Assembly: GCA_023231475.1 (NCBI GenBank)
Contig: JALJEE010002916.1
Location: 1-47,695, forward strand
From: Seison nebaliae
Lineage: Eukaryota
Reading direction: 5' to 3'
DNA: 47,695 nucleotides
Shown here: piece by piece, positions 25,342-40,335 of the stretch
Layout of the letters: the number at the start of each line of letters is the position of its first letter
Position numbering within the stretch: the first letter of the stretch is position 1
Position numbers and translations under genes: made by a program
The notes under the pieces: generated by a model
Told to the model about the DNA's origin: nothing
Database searches by the model: none
What the model saw: only the letters and a program-made list of their open reading frames with translations

Positions 25342-25762
25342 TTCGTTAATTTTAATTTCAAAACAAAATATCTTCCTCAGAAAATGAGAATTTCAGTTTT
25401 TAAGTGTCTACCACTTATGTTTCGACGAATTGTTTAATATGAAACGAAAGAATATTGACGAAAGAAACATGATAATTTAATGACAAATATTTCATATGAT
25501 ATGTTAAAGAAAGTGACGAAGATATTTCTACAAAACTTACTTCAATTTTGATTAATTCAAAAATCAATAAATCATCTTCATGTACGTATATCGTTCACTC
25601 TCGATCAGTTTCCTGGCGACATATGTACAACACTTGCCAAATGATTTTTTACAAAAAAAAAAGAATATAAAAATATAGTCACTGGGACATCATTCTGCTG
25701 CAATTTCGGGATCATTCATTCGAATCATTTGTAGATGTGATGACGATAAACAAGAAATATTT

Positions 25763-28700
25763 CTATTTCTCTGATAATAATTTCAGAATTTGATTCATCT
25801 TCTCCTCAAATTTATTCTCTAATTTATCTAATCGACTTCAAATGGAGATAATAAAGAGGAAGAGATGTAAAAGAATGGTAACTGGTTGAAAGTGGAAATG
25901 ATTTCCTGCATTTTCCTCTTCTCCATATCATCAGGTTTTTCAGTTGTTCGTGGAATTTGAGGTAGTTGCATTAACGAATTATAAAGATTCTTTTGAAGAT
26001 ATAATCGATTAGTCACTCTAAGAAAAGAATTGTCAAAGGAATTAAAAGAGAAATTGAGGAAACCGTAATGATTCGTTTGGATTAATGGGAAGTGAATTTT
26101 CCCCATCATTCTCATCAAGAAATCGAGGGAAATTGGGTTGTTTCGGTGTTAAATGTTTTTTCAAATAATTCACATCAGCTAAAAAATGAGGAGTAGTTTT
26201 CTGCTCTATCTTCTGATAATTTATTGATTTATTTGATTCCGTTAGAATTCTCGGTACTGAGAACAAAACATTCGAACTGGATTTGGATCTGATATTTTTC
26301 AATTTATCCGAATTCTGTCGAGATGATGATGTTGGTGGATTGGGCGAATCGTTCTTGATATCTACATCTGTATCATCACTATTCTTCGTTATATCAGTAG
26401 CAATCGTTTTCACCGATAAATCGTTATTATTATCTGACGATTTCTGTAGATGACAATCGGCGTCTGATGGTTTCGATCGTTTAATTAATGAATTGAATGC
26501 ATTATTTCTTCGGAGAAATGAATTGTTATCATTGTGTGTAAGATAAGAGATTTCTTGATTAGAATCTTCAAATTCAGAAATAAATTGAGAATGAAATTAA
26601 TTGAAAAAAATAAACTTTGTAATTTTTTATCAGTTTGATGTAAACATTCGAGATTAAATCGATCTACCGGTTGCAATGGATTATTCGTCTTATTCTTCTG
26701 ATTTAAACTCTTTCTCATCAATTCATTTCTGATAGAGATATCGGGGAAATTCTTTATCGATTCACTATCCACCTGCATCGAACTCACACAATGAGTTAAT
26801 TTTTTCTATTAAGTCTAATTTGAAACAAATTCAAAAGAAGAAAATTTCTAACATTTCTCAACGAAACTGTAATATCGAGACGATCACGAAAATGACTCGT
26901 ATATTCAGGATATGCATGTAACGCATCTAACAGATCCGTCGCAGATAATCGATGCACCAGACAATGTGTCAACGTTCGTACTGTACTATGGGAACGTCCT
27001 GGTGTTTTATGGCGGACAGGATTCTCACCAAAACTATCAGAATTTGCTAAAAAGGAATTTTTTAAAATTTAAAGAAATTTAAATGAAAACTTATTATGGC
27101 AATTAGTGTTGTATTGATATCGTTACCATTGATATCTTTCGAATTTTTCATCGAATGTATTTCGTCAGTTATTAGACTATTATTCTCTTGATTATTTTCT
27201 GAAAATAATTGATTTAAATTCAAATAGAAAACATGAAAATCGAACCGAAATCATTGGAAATTTTATCGGAGAAATTATTGTTATTTCCTACGAATCGAAT
27301 ATCATCATTCTCCATATCGATCACATGAGGTTTCACATTGTGATGTGTATGATGGAAAGGCATATTTCCCGTATCAACTGAAACATCGAAATCATAATTC
27401 GGTTGTTGAAAAATTTCGATACTTCCTCTCGTCAAGAAATAAATTACATTTAATGGATCGTCTTGATTGATTAACGTTTCGCCTGGTGGACATCTGACCG
27501 CTCTTACACGTGTGGAAATGAGTCGTAAGAAACTATAACTAAGTCCTTTGAATACTTTGTTACTAGCGAATAAATTCCAATTGAGATGGAGACAAATATC
27601 GCCTTGAAGAGATTCAGGAAAACTTCTGAGAACTGTATTAGTATCGACACCATTCGAATACGACCACATATGATGGAAATAATCTTCGATTCGTTGGCAA
27701 ATCGGTACGGGCAATTGATGAGTTCGAATGAATTCTTTCAATCTCAACATCTGCGTATGATAACGAGCACTACCGTTATATAATCGTTGAATAATGGCAC
27801 TGACATTTCCAAAGATACTGGCATACATTAATGAACCGATCATCATGACACAAACACTGAAAATCTTCTCATTATTCGTATTTGGAGATACGTTACCAAA
27901 ACCAACGGAAGTGAGTGAACTTAATGTGAAATAAAGTGCGGTGACATAACGCGATTTAATTGATGGTCCTGAAAATCGTTTTGTGGCGTCATATGGCTGA
28001 TTGGTCATATTCGCCAATTGCATCAACCAACCGATCTGACCATATTCTGTTCGTCTTTCTGCATGACCTATCGCGTACCAGATACATGCTAACCAATGTG
28101 CAATCAATGCAAATCCACAAGTCAATAAGCCTAACAATGCGCCACCATATTCTGAATAACGATCCATCTTTCTAGCTACTCGAATCAATCTCAATAATCT
28201 CGCCGTTTTCAATAGGCCGACGAGGGTTGGAATTTTCTTGATATCTTCAATCATCACTTTCAAAATCAGATCGAATGGTATTGCTGCTAATAGATCGATG
28301 ACAAACCAACCGGTTAAATATTTTTTCGCTATTCGAATCTGTTCACTAATTAATTCACCTTTCTCGTTGACATATGTAGTACGGAAATTTATCAGAATAT
28401 CCAAAACGAATAAAACATCGACAGCATAATCGATGTTGGTCATGACAGCTTTCACTTTATCGGATTCTTCCTCACCACTCTCGATGAGGAATGCCGCATG
28501 ATATGGCGTTGAAACGGCTGTGTAAATGACGAAAAATAAGATGATCCAATCCCAGATCGTTTTGAAAATTGAGTAATGAAGAATAGTGCATTTGGCTCGT
28601 GGTTGCTGCATCGGATCTAATTGAAATTCATTTGACATATTTTCATCTCCGAATGTTAATACCTAAATGTGATTAACATGAAATTTATTATGAAACTGTT

Positions 28701-31700
28701 TAATTGTAATACGAAATGATAATATGAAATTAATTATAAACTCATCTTAATTAACAAAACTCTTCATGGACTTAACAAAGTGTGTTGTAGTGGAATTATA
28801 TACATAAAAGTTTTCTTATTCAATATCTTTATTTTCGTTACGTGAACACGTTCCGGGAATGATGAGATAGTTACACTAGTATACTCTGGAGATTTTATTT
28901 ATTGAATGTTTAAAGAGAAAATATTCTCGGTGTATCTTATAAATCTGTCAGACATTCAGGAATTTTTTGAAAAAACTTCATTCACCTATCGATAGGAATG
29001 TCAATCAAATATTTATTAATCTCCAAACATGAATTTTTCATTCATATCTCCGCGAAATATGCTCATGAAAATGACGAATTATTTCATACGCATCATAATG
29101 ACCATATTTCTTATCGTTACATATCTTATTGGAAAGAAGATAAAGATTCTTTTGACATGATCATGAAAGAATGAACAGATATTGTCACATCGAATAGAAA
29201 GAATGAAATCTCAACATCTTCGTATTGTGAACGAGGAAAGTTGCCAAGAGGATTTTTTAGTGAAAACTTTAATTTCTATTGAAAGTCAAATGAATAATTA
29301 TCGATATTCTTTTCCTTTCCATCAGACATCAAATAGAAGGTTTCCTTCCGGAACTTCTTCAATGACCGAGATGAATTGTTCGATTATCATATCGATTTCT
29401 CTTCGAATAAATTCTCAGATATTCTCGACACATTTCCAACTCACATCTTCCTAAAATGAACTTTAACTTTTTTACAATTCGATACTTCTCTCTCAGAATT
29501 TTATTGATTTCTTCCTATAAAAATGATTGTTGTGTAACTCTCTTCAAATTGACCAAATTTCATTGTCCTCCAGATTCGATTTGACATATTTCAATTTTAA
29601 TTTTATTTCTCTTCCAATATTCTCTATAACATACAACTATACAACAATAACAACAACAACAATATTAAAGGTTGGTAAATATGTCTCTAAATTTAACGAT
29701 AATCGCACATCATTATATAATAATGATGGTAGACGGCAAATGTGATTGAGGAGAAATAATTAAGATTTTCGAGAGAATTAAAATAATTGAGCAAAAATAT
29801 GAGGAGTCATTCGATAAGGAAGAGAGTGAGTGAGTGAGTAAGGAAGGAAGGGGATTGAGCATCTTTTCTCTAACTCCTCAATTTGACGAACGTTCGTTAT
29901 CGTTAACGACTAATACTTAAATCAATTTTACTCATCCACACAATCATGACACATGTGCACACATCACTTACTATGGTGGATGATGGGACAAAACCCAAAT
30001 TCTCCTATTCCCAACTATACAACCAACACTTATGTACATTCCTCAACGACGTTCTTCATTTCTCAACTCCGACACTAATAGTTCATTTGCATGAAATTAA
30101 TAGTTCAATTCACACTTTCATTTCAACTCAACTCCTCTTAACACATCACATTACATCGTCACAACGACTAAACATCTGAAGTTATCATAATTAATTCCTC
30201 TTCCAATGATGTAAGTTTCAGAAATTTCATTCATGTTTCTCTCAAGAAATCATATAAGTGAAAACTTTACGAATTGACGATAATTATATTCGGAGAAATT
30301 ACTGCAAATCAATTCCTTAATTAAAAGGAATTTCACTTCGCGGCTGATGAATGAAAAATGTGAAAGTTTAACCTTTTGCAACTTCTCCGCTAAACGGTTA
30401 GTAATTCCAGTGTGACAAGAGAAGAGACGATCATGAATCGTTTTCATTAAAGAGGTACTCTTCGATGCTTCCATATACCAATCGCAATATTCTCGTTTAA
30501 CATTTCGCTCTTTCAATTCTTTCTGATTATTCATCATTGTCTTCTCATAATTGTCTAATTCGTCGTTGATCTCATCACAATTATCAGTGTTGTTGTTTTT
30601 AGGAGTATAGAGGTTGTCTAATGGGAAATCTGGATTAAATTTGTCGTTTTTCGTAAAGATATTTTTCTCTGCACTTTTCTCACCTTCTTTCGAGTATTTT
30701 ATATTCAATTTATTCTTTCTCGTTCCGTTATCATCATTATTGTAAAATGTTTGATATCGTTTCATAACATCATCTATTCATTGACAATCGTTAATGAGAA
30801 CAATAATTATATAAAATGAATAATAACCGATTGTTGTAGTAACCAAATGGTCATGAATTCGACAATTACTCTTTTGTGTGTTATCATTCTTTAGTAATCG
30901 ATCTATTAATAAAAATAATTACACAATTTATCACACAAATAGTCGAATATTGGAAGAATTCGAAAATTTCACATATTAAATAAAGCTCATCCTCTTCTCC
31001 GTCAATATCGAAAATGTTATGGAAATTGATTTCCATATAAAATTATTGTGATATAAAAAATCAATAATTTTTCCTTCACATGTTTATTGGTTAGAAAACA
31101 ATTAAATATTTTTTCAGCGCAGAAAGAATAATTTTATCATCATGTAAAAAAATTCAAATAATTCTTTCAATTATCGATTAGTTTTTCAAATTTAAAAATA
31201 CTATTTCAAAATACTTGCAATCTGACAGAGAACTTTAGAATCATTGAAATTAATTCGAGGAAGACAAAAAGAAAAATTAATTTGAACTCAAAATTGTTTT
31301 CAGCTATCACGTTTTATTGTATTGGAGGAAATGTGAAGTGAAAAACGTCGAAATGAATTTGAAAGTTTTGGAGGAGAAGACTTTAAATCGAAATGAGAAT
31401 AGCTGAAGAAAGCGATGAGCATGGATGGAATGATGCTTCAAACCACTTGATGCAGAATAAATAAGAGGAATCAATTGAAGTTCCTCCTTTTTCAAATATG
31501 AAGAGAAAGGAACGAATGTTTAATTGCTAATAATGGTGTTGATGATCGATCAGTTGATTGTTGAACATGCCGAACCAATCGATATAAAACGTAATTCTCA
31601 TCGTAGTGAATCATCGGTGCACAATTCTTCCTAACACTCACTCTCATCAGTGCATAAACGTTGCTGATGGAAATGTAGATAATAAATAAATATATTAATA

Positions 31701-34700
31701 AATAAATATCTAATATAAATATTATCATTTCAACAAGAAGACGAATGATAAGAATCTACTCAAATTATCTGTGCCACAAACAATAGGAAGAGTGAACTAA
31801 CCACATCGATGGATGGATGGATAGATGGATCGACCGATCAATAAATAAAACATTCAAAAATATGTGAACATAATTTAATTAATAATTAGTCAGAACTAAC
31901 AAGTAGATAATATTGTTAATTAAAATGAGATTCGAAAAGAATGAAGGAGGGAAGGTAAACGAAAAATGTAAACGGTCAACATTGACGAAGTTGGAGGAAA
32001 GAGAAAGATCGAAGTTTAGTTTCAAAGAAAATTTCTTTTTTGAATTAATTAATCGTTAAAACGAGAATTTTCAAATAGAAACGGTGAAATATTAAAATGG
32101 AGAAGGATGAGAAATGTCTAATGTTTATCGAAACAAAGAAACTGAGAAAATAAAATGGTGTTTGTTAAAACCATTAACGATTCGTGGGTTGGGGGGGAAA
32201 GGAAATGAAAAGTTTACGAACCACTTTGCCATTGAATTTCATTGAATTGTGGAAGGATCGAACGACGACGAACATCATTCTTCAATTTTTCATTAATATT
32301 TTGTTTATGATTTTTTATTGGTGTTTCATCCATCTCATTCTCCGTTAGATTATTATTTATGTTTGTCTCCATATCATATTCTGATAAGCTGACAACTGAC
32401 AGAAGATGTTTTCCCGAATCGTTCCGTATCGGAATAATGTGAAGATTTCTTCGAATATTTTGATCTGGAAAAATTGAAATTTTTTTGATTATTTCGAAAA
32501 AGGAGAATTTGGATTAAACTAGAAAAAGGATTTATGGCTGGATTTATTGACAGAAATAATGGAATTTGAAAGGAAAGAAATTTATAGAAGTCTTTTCTTT
32601 TCGTTTTTTACAAAAAATTCTCATGTTTACTATACAGTTTCTTTTTATTCGATAATGTTCTCTGCATTAATCAATGAATGTGTGTCAATAAATTTCTTCC
32701 GGTTTCTAATACGATGAAGATTAAGTTTTCGTTGAAAAAGAGAATTTGAGCTAAAAAACTTAAGGAGGATGAGAGATTAACTATAGAAAAGAAATTTTTA
32801 TTTGAATTTATTCATAATTTCTCCTCCATGAAAATCGTTAGGTTGAATATTTGCTCAACAACGATTTTATTATTTGGTATGAAATAAGAAAGAAATTAAT
32901 GAATTACGACAATAAAATAGACAGAAACGTTTCATTACTCACACAATTTGCATAGTAGTTTCAATAAAATTGAATTATACAGGAAAACAAAACTATTTCA
33001 TTTTATCTTCAACTTGATGCTCTCCAACATTCCCCCCACTCTTCATGAATAATAGAAATTGCTTTTCCACCTTTTTCCTTTTTTTCAATCGATAAAACAA
33101 TCGAGGAAAGATGTTTGTTAAATTCCAATAAATTGCTTTGAAGAAAAACCAGAATCAAACAACAACATCTCGTTGAGGTAGAGATATTCTTGTGAATTTG
33201 CATGAAACGCAGTTATGATACAAAACTGAAATTTGTGAATGGGTTTTTTCGATGAGTTTTCCCATTTCTCTTAACAATGATCATGTTCACTGTTCGTTTA
33301 TGGAAGAGTTGTCAGGAAATAATACATATGAATGAATCACAAGACTGTTGTTCTCTCAACTTTAGGACGTTCGCTTAACAACTATCTTGACTATTGGACA
33401 AAATACTCTTTAATTCTACTATTAAATGACAAAATTACATCGTTTTGACTAACAGGGGACAAGACGTCCATTTATAAAACTACAACGAATAATTATACAG
33501 GTATGAAACACAACGAAAATAGTTAAATCATCAATTCTTGTATTAAAAATACGATAATTTCCTCATCGATTCGTTCTTTATGTAAAACTTCCTCCTTCGT
33601 TTTTTTCCGTTCCTTCTAACTTGTTTTGTATTTAGGTTCATAGTTGAAATGAAAATCGAGTTTAAGAAACTTTATATCAGTTTTCTACTTCTCAAACTAA
33701 AGCCAAATTTTAATGAAGATGATGAAAATTCTAAAGCGGAATCCTGAATTTTACCGGGAATAATTTGATGAGGTATCCCTAACCGAAAAACTATCCAAGA
33801 AAAAATTAAATTTTAGTTAATTTGAGAAAGTTTCTTTTGGCAACCATTGTTTTTCAGGGTGGCAAAATCACCATGTAGGTAGTTTCTTAGAGGATTCTGT
33901 TTAGGTTTAGGAAAGGATCTGCAACTAGTAATATTTACAGATTTTTAATAAGAAAATAATCTACTGTGAACTATCGTAATTGGAATACTAAAATAGAATT
34001 TTGAATATTATATTTCATATGTTCAAAACTATATTGTAATTGAGACTATGATGTCGATGTGGGATATGGATGTTTGTGAGAATTGTCGTGAAGAATATGA
34101 TGCCTTTGAAGAATCAGATTGTGCATAATATATCATGTTGTAGAATATCAATCGATAATAAGGAAATTAACCATTGGAGAATGTTTCCATACCAACTCAT
34201 GACAATTCATATCAATTACATAATTCCTTCTTTCGTATTGTATTGCCAATGATTCCCTGATTGGGAGGAATTTTATTTGATTCGTAAACTGAATTCTAAT
34301 TTGTTCACACTCCATCATCGGAGTGGTTATTCGATTATTAATTAGATAAATCGGGAGAAACAACTTTCATTAAACCAACATCGAATTACTAATGAAATGA
34401 AATGATCAAATTTCCTAGTTGTGTTTCCACATTATGTCGTTGTTTTTGTTGAAAGAAAGAATTAATGAAAACCTGAAGTTAAATTACTTTCGCAAAGTAG
34501 ATCGGTTAATGTTGTGTTCTTGCCTTGTTTGATCGCATTAATGACGTACTTATGAAATGGATTGAATTGACATGTCGAATTTGATGTAAATGATTGTCTG
34601 TCGTGATATTGATTGATGAAGGAAGGCAAAACTTCGACATTTCCGTCTTCATCGATAACCGTGGAGAACGAAGAAGGTTCGAAAGAAATTAATAGAACAC

Positions 34701-35090
34701 AAAAGGGAAGTCCTCTTATTTCTGCTTTTCGCACCGTATTCTTTTCACATTTTGTCGTCAGTCTTCGACATTCATCAATCAAATAACTCTCATTTCTCAG
34801 ACTCCCGTGCACTTCACAATTGTTTAGAGTGGACGGTGTTAAATTCTCGATTTCCTCCTCATCATATTGATTGAACAGATCACCATCTTCTTCCAGAAAC
34901 GATTTACTGTAGTAAATTATCCGGGAATGCTCAATCGTATTCGGATTGACTAAAAGGAAGCGAATATCTTTAAATGAAAAGGAAATGTTAAAGATAAATT
35001 CAAAATTTAAATTGTCCAACTGTATGACTCAAATTTCTTGATTAATGCAACAATATAAGAGTTTTGTGGTGCAATATGACCACGCTTCAT
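25763..35090 (-). CDS. KCNH2: ERG-type voltage-gated K+ channel (KCNH2/6/7 subfamily); exons 35090-35021, 34967-34473, 32464-32222, 30773-30373, 28662-27246, 27198-27091, 27046-26853, 26805-26616, 26565-26064, 26017-25883, 25835-25763
   Basis: PAS cap [15 protein letters not shown]-end [24 protein letters not shown]4 [24 protein letters not shown]; pore [16 protein letters not shown]6 [12 protein letters not shown]-linker and CNBHD; terminal coiled coil [20 protein letters not shown]; all exon phases consistent. Confidence 0.93.
31808..31830. repeat. Short (GATG)n-like microsatellite in an ERG intron
   Basis: gatggatggatggatagatggat. Confidence 0.6.
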
Positions 35091-38000
35091 TCTTCACCAC
35101 ACTTCGGATATCTGTCGGATGAAACGATTAGAAAAAATTGCAATTAATTTAAATTACTTTCTATACTCAAATTCAAACGAATGAGGATAATGAACTTTTT
35201 ATGAAACATTAAATAACATTAACATCTGAATTGACTGTCAGTTAAGAAACATTTGATGGATAAATGATGTTGGTGGGGAGTATGTTTATTTTGTCGTTTT
35301 CAAAAGTAGAAAAGTAGCATTTGTTCCGGAGAAGAAATAGTATAAGTGGAGAATGGCGACAAATCGATTTTATTCGTTAGGAAATTAAGAAAATTATATT
35401 TGGAGAATGGAACGATTGTTGTGAGAGGTATTTGTATGAAGATAAAAGATTATTGTCATGTTTCTTATAGGAACAAGATAAGTGTAGATTGAATTTAACA
35501 CCAATTACGTCTGGTAAAATTGAAGGTCATACCGATTCAGTTGAACATTAACAAGAAAGGAAATTAATGATGGAGAAAGCGAATCGGACCGGATGAATTT
35601 GTCAGAATTTGCTGAAATTATTCTTTGGAAAAGGTCATTGTTTGTTGTGTCTGTGTTTGGAAGGGAGAGATTTTTCAACAGAAATAAAAGAAAAGGAATT
35701 CTACAAGAATTCCATCAGGATGAAAACATTAAATGGATTGACAATCATTCTCTAACAATAATTCTAGTCAATACCATTGTCGTTGATTAGTTCTCGTAAT
35801 CTCTTCAATCATTATCACAAAATTTACATTGTCTTCCTCCTCAAACAAAGTCCGTCACGATGGATTATGTAAAATTATATAATTATCTTCACTAACCATT
35901 AGTAAATCTACTTAGGGAGAAGGTTTTTTAGGTTTTTAAGAGATTGTAATGTGATACGAGCATTATTCATTAATTAAATGAAATATGTTCAATTCAATCT
36001 TTCAAATTCATCAACAGAATTGTCGACTGGGAGAAATAGGATAACATTTTGAGAATAAGTTGAAAATCTGTTGTGGAAATGATCTGGTAGTGGAAGGGGA
36101 GCAGGAGATGATGGAATAATAATTAGTGTTCTAATCATTTTTATCAAATCTATTTTTCTATCCAGGAAATGAAATTTGATTGTTTTCCTGATGATGAAAA
36201 AAAAGGAATCCTAAACAAAAATCGATTAGATGATCGAAGGAAGTGATGATAAGATTAAATTAATTCGAATTAAATATTGGGAATAAATGTGATGATAGAA
36301 ATCGATAAGGCTTTCCATCAATATTCGATTCTCTCAATACAAAACCGTAATAAAACGAATATTTTTGGGGCAATGGACACGTGTTCAGATATTGGTCGTT
36401 GGCGTATTGTCTCCTTGTCGATTACACTAACTAAGTATTTCGTCATACGATTGAATGTTGGAGAATGCTCAGCGTCGAAATTATCAAATTATGTCACATT
36501 CTCATTGAGAATGCACACCTTTAAGAAATATTCTTTACACGGAAATGAATATAATACACCCATATCTACCTCCATCATCTTCTCCTCCTTATTTGTCATC
36601 AAATTGTATGTCCGAAAAGGAAGAATAACACTTTTCTTAAATAATCAATATCCTTTCTTCAACCATAACTTCTCCATCTTCGTGATGAAATAATTTTCTT
36701 TTATCTCCCATCAATAATACTTTCAATCGTCGTCGTTTAAATGCCTGTTCGGGACAAGAACGTACCATTCAGACACTATGCAATTTATTCACTGCTTAAT
36801 CATGATGATTGAACTCATTCGAATTATTCCAATTATTCCATATCATTAGTCTACATGATACATAACAATGTACATGAAAATATCTTCGTTTAAAGAAGAC
36901 TTTAAAAGAAAAATAAATTGTCTCACGTTGTCGGAAATAACGAAATATCATCCCAAATGTTTCCCAAAACTTTTCTTCCTTCTAATGACATTTATACGTT
37001 CTCCTCTACAGCAACTCTCATTCTTATGTAACATAACGAATTGAACTGCATAATTCTGATTGACCCATTAGATCATGAATATCACTCACTTCTCCTAGAT
37101 TCCCAACTTTAATTTCCTTATTCATTTGCACTTTCCCACCAGTTCCCGGTTAATCTCAATACTGCTCATTCCATTCATAATATCAACTTCATTTGACTAA
37201 TCTCATAATTTTTCTTTGAAGTCCAAACAGAAATTTCTTTCAAATATAATTTTCTCACAAATTCTCTCACACAAATTTCCGGAAAAGAAATAATTAATTT
37301 GATCAACAACCATTATAGATTATTATAATTTTCTTGGTTAATCACAATGTTATGAAGACTTGAAAAGAATACTTCAACCATTTCATAAGAATATTGAAGG
37401 AAAAAAGTTCGATAAGGAAAAACTTTATCCATTGAACGAACATTACATTAAAATAAACAAAGAGTTTAGATTGTTATCGTGGTCTGTAATTGATATATTA
37501 AAAATTATTTTTAGTTATTATCGAATGAGAACCCAATAATGATAGTAGTACCATGCACTAATATCCTTTCTTCTTATTACACGTAAAAAAAGAAATGAAC
37601 TTCATTAAATGAATCATTTAGTTTTCGTTAATGAAAAAATTTTTTTTTTCATTTTCAAAGAAATATTTTCCTTATTATTTATTTTCAAGGATAAATGGAA
37701 GAAAGTGAAAACTTTTTATTTTTTATCGCACGAGAACACTATCTATCTGCTCCATACACTTCTCCTTCTACTTCTTATACACGACGAGCAGTCAACTACT
37801 TTTCCCCCTCACAAACCAAGCTATGGAACACTTGATATAAAATATTTTCTTTTGCACATTTACTTTTTTCTGCAATACTAACTCTTTCACCCTGGACCAA
37901 ATAGTTAATACTCGAAAGGAAAAATTCAAATGGACTATCCATTCTGAAATTACGCCGAAGAGGTAAGGCATTGATGATTTGAAGTGATAGTAAGAAACTC

Positions 38001-38679
38001 ATAAGTCTTACTAACAACCAATTCTTCTCGTCTGCACATGACTGAAATAATAAATATTTCATCCATTTACTCGTTATTAATTGTTACGTTCTCCATAATT
38101 TGTCTTATGTTCACAATCTTTTCCCTTACCATCAACTGAAGTATCAAGTTTCATTTAAAAATTCTTCTTTCTAACAAGAATAACTTCGGAAATGTTCTAA
38201 CTGAATAACAATCTCATTTCTCACAAAAAAAAAAGAAACCAAAAGAACATTCCCCCCACTGAATTGGGTAATGACGTCGAGAGAAATTGAATTTAACGAC
38301 TTTCTAAATCTTAGTCTCCTCCGAATTTACTCAAACTTTAACCGTGACATATTCCGTCCATCTGTTTTTTCTTGACAGTTTCATATAAAGTGTAACGGAA
38401 CGGAAACTGATATTTTTGAAGGCAATTTTTGACATATTTACTCTCAACAGAAATGCTCTAAAGTTCCTAATTTTTTTATGATGACACTCATACGGAGTAG
38501 GAAATTCAAATGATGAGACAGACACATTGAGCAACCAAATTAATCGGATTAATCAGTTTTACAGTTGATCTTTACAAAAGTTGTAAATAAGAAATGGTAA
38601 TGAAAATGGTTATTTGATGAAAAGAATTGAGAAATTTCCTCATACAATATTAATAAAACAAATAGAAGAGAATTGAAAT

Positions 38680-39762
38680 TTATTCGATTTGACGAGTTAA
38701 TTGAATTTGGTGAGAAATGTTTCCTTTCCTACAATCAAATCGATCGATGGCTGATGATAATGAAGTGAGTGAATGAATCGACTTTTGAGCTTCATCGACA
38801 ATCTCAACTTTTCTCCAGGAATTCATCGCATTAAAATGAACGTCATTCTCCACCAATTGCTCGATTGTTTGCACAGGCCCATAAGGAAAATGGACATTCA
38901 TCTTCTCAAACAATTCGATCCAATCGACTAAATTTCTTTCTTTCATCACCGAACTAATAGTGTGAGTAAGTAATTCTCTATTTCTTACACGATCTCCATT
39001 CGTCACCGTTATTGGCGATAATTGTGATAATGATTGTGAATTGACTAATTGAACAAATTGTCGATATTGTTGATCACTTCCAATACCTAAGATGATATAA
39101 TTCCCATCGGAAGTCGGAAATGCCTGATATGGGACGATACTGGAATGGCCAGAGCCTAAACGTTTTGGTTCAATTCCATTGAATAGATACGAGGCGGCTA
39201 AATGAGTTAAAGTGCCCACTCCCATCAATTGTCGATTACAAGAAATATAATTCAATTTTTCTTCGTTTCGTCCATTATGAAAGAGACATGCATTAATGGA
39301 AGATAATGCTTGAAGTGCAACACAATATTCAATTGCAGGTAATCCAAGTGCCGTGGCATCACCGTCCATTTCACCAGTGATATATGCATATCCATTCTCA
39401 CCATCACTAGCGATCGATCCATCATATTCGTCAATGAATTCACAAAGAATTTGATTTGGAGAATTTCTCAAATTGAATTTATTCTTGTCATTTCTATCGA
39501 AGAGAATTATATCAAATAATTTAGATTTCTCATTTATGATATCGATCAATTGTTGTGGGTGTGACGGTGGAATGAATAAATATTTGCCAATATTCTCATT
39601 AATATCTTTCATTGACCTCTTCTTGACGATTCGATCAATTAAAGTGTTTGATGCGATTTTTGTTACTTTTCCTCCATATTCACTAAATATTCGACCACAC
39701 AATATGGCGGATTGAGAGGAGGCAATCTCCAACAATTGATAACCTTTAAGGAAGGAATTCAT
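38680..39762 (-). CDS. SUGCT: Divergent family III CoA-transferase (CaiB/BaiF; succinate-hydroxymethylglutarate CoA-transferase-like); single exon
   Basis: LKGYQLLE..CGRIFSEYGGKVTKI, GYAYITGE, KRLGSGHSSIVPYQAFPTSDG..IILGIGSDQQY, NGDRVRNRELL, PYGPVQTI. Confidence 0.78.
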   Translation of the reverse strand: MNSFLKGYQLLEIASSQSAILCGRIFSEYGGKVTKIASNTLIDRIVKKRSMKDINENIGKYLFIPPSHPQQLIDIINEKSKLFDIILFDRNDKNKFNLRNSPNQILCEFIDEYDGSIASDGENGYAYITGEMDGDATALGLPAIEYCVALQALSSINACLFHNGRNEEKLNYISCNRQLMGVGTLTHLAASYLFNGIEPKRLGSGHSSIVPYQAFPTSDGNYIILGIGSDQQYRQFVQLVNSQSLSQLSPITVTNGDRVRNRELLTHTISSVMKERNLVDWIELFEKMNVHFPYGPVQTIEQLVENDVHFNAMNSWRKVEIVDEAQKSIHSLTSLSSAIDRFDCRKGNISHQIQLTRQIE

Positions 39763-40335
39763 TTATGTTAATTCGATTATGCTTCTAATTCATTCGACCA
39801 TCTTCCTTCCATAAATTCTACTAAAAAAATCAATTCTCATTTTCCTTAAATATCTTTCCTTTATAAAATTAATTTAATTTGAATTATTTTAAAATTTTAT
39901 TAATTATTATTTTCATCAAATTAAATCAAATACCACCAAATTCCATCAAATTCCATCAAAATTGATTTAATAATACGAATTGAACTTTTTAAATTGGTTT
40001 TAATAAAAAAATGTTTAATAGAATAAAGAGAGAAATGAAGTTGGAATGAAAGAAATAAAATATTTCCGATTTATTTTTAAGATGAATAATATAAAATTCT
40101 ATATTTCAATATCGTTCTGGCAAATGAAAAAGTAAATAGGTATATGGGAAGTGAATATAAATAAGAAGATTGTTATTGTTCTTTTTTTTTGGCAGAAGGA
40201 ATAAATCGGGATCGATTTTTTACTTCGTATTTTCTTCATACACGAATTTAGTATTTGTGCTGTTAAAAAAAAAGTAATAGGAACAATTCATTTTTCAATG
40301 AGAGTGGTGGTGGTATCATTCGACAGAATCCGGTT

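Noticed and set aside
35593..38534. ORFs upstream of ERG (36277-36693, 37796-38062, 38331-38534)
   Set aside because: No domain motifs or transposase signatures; treated as non-coding
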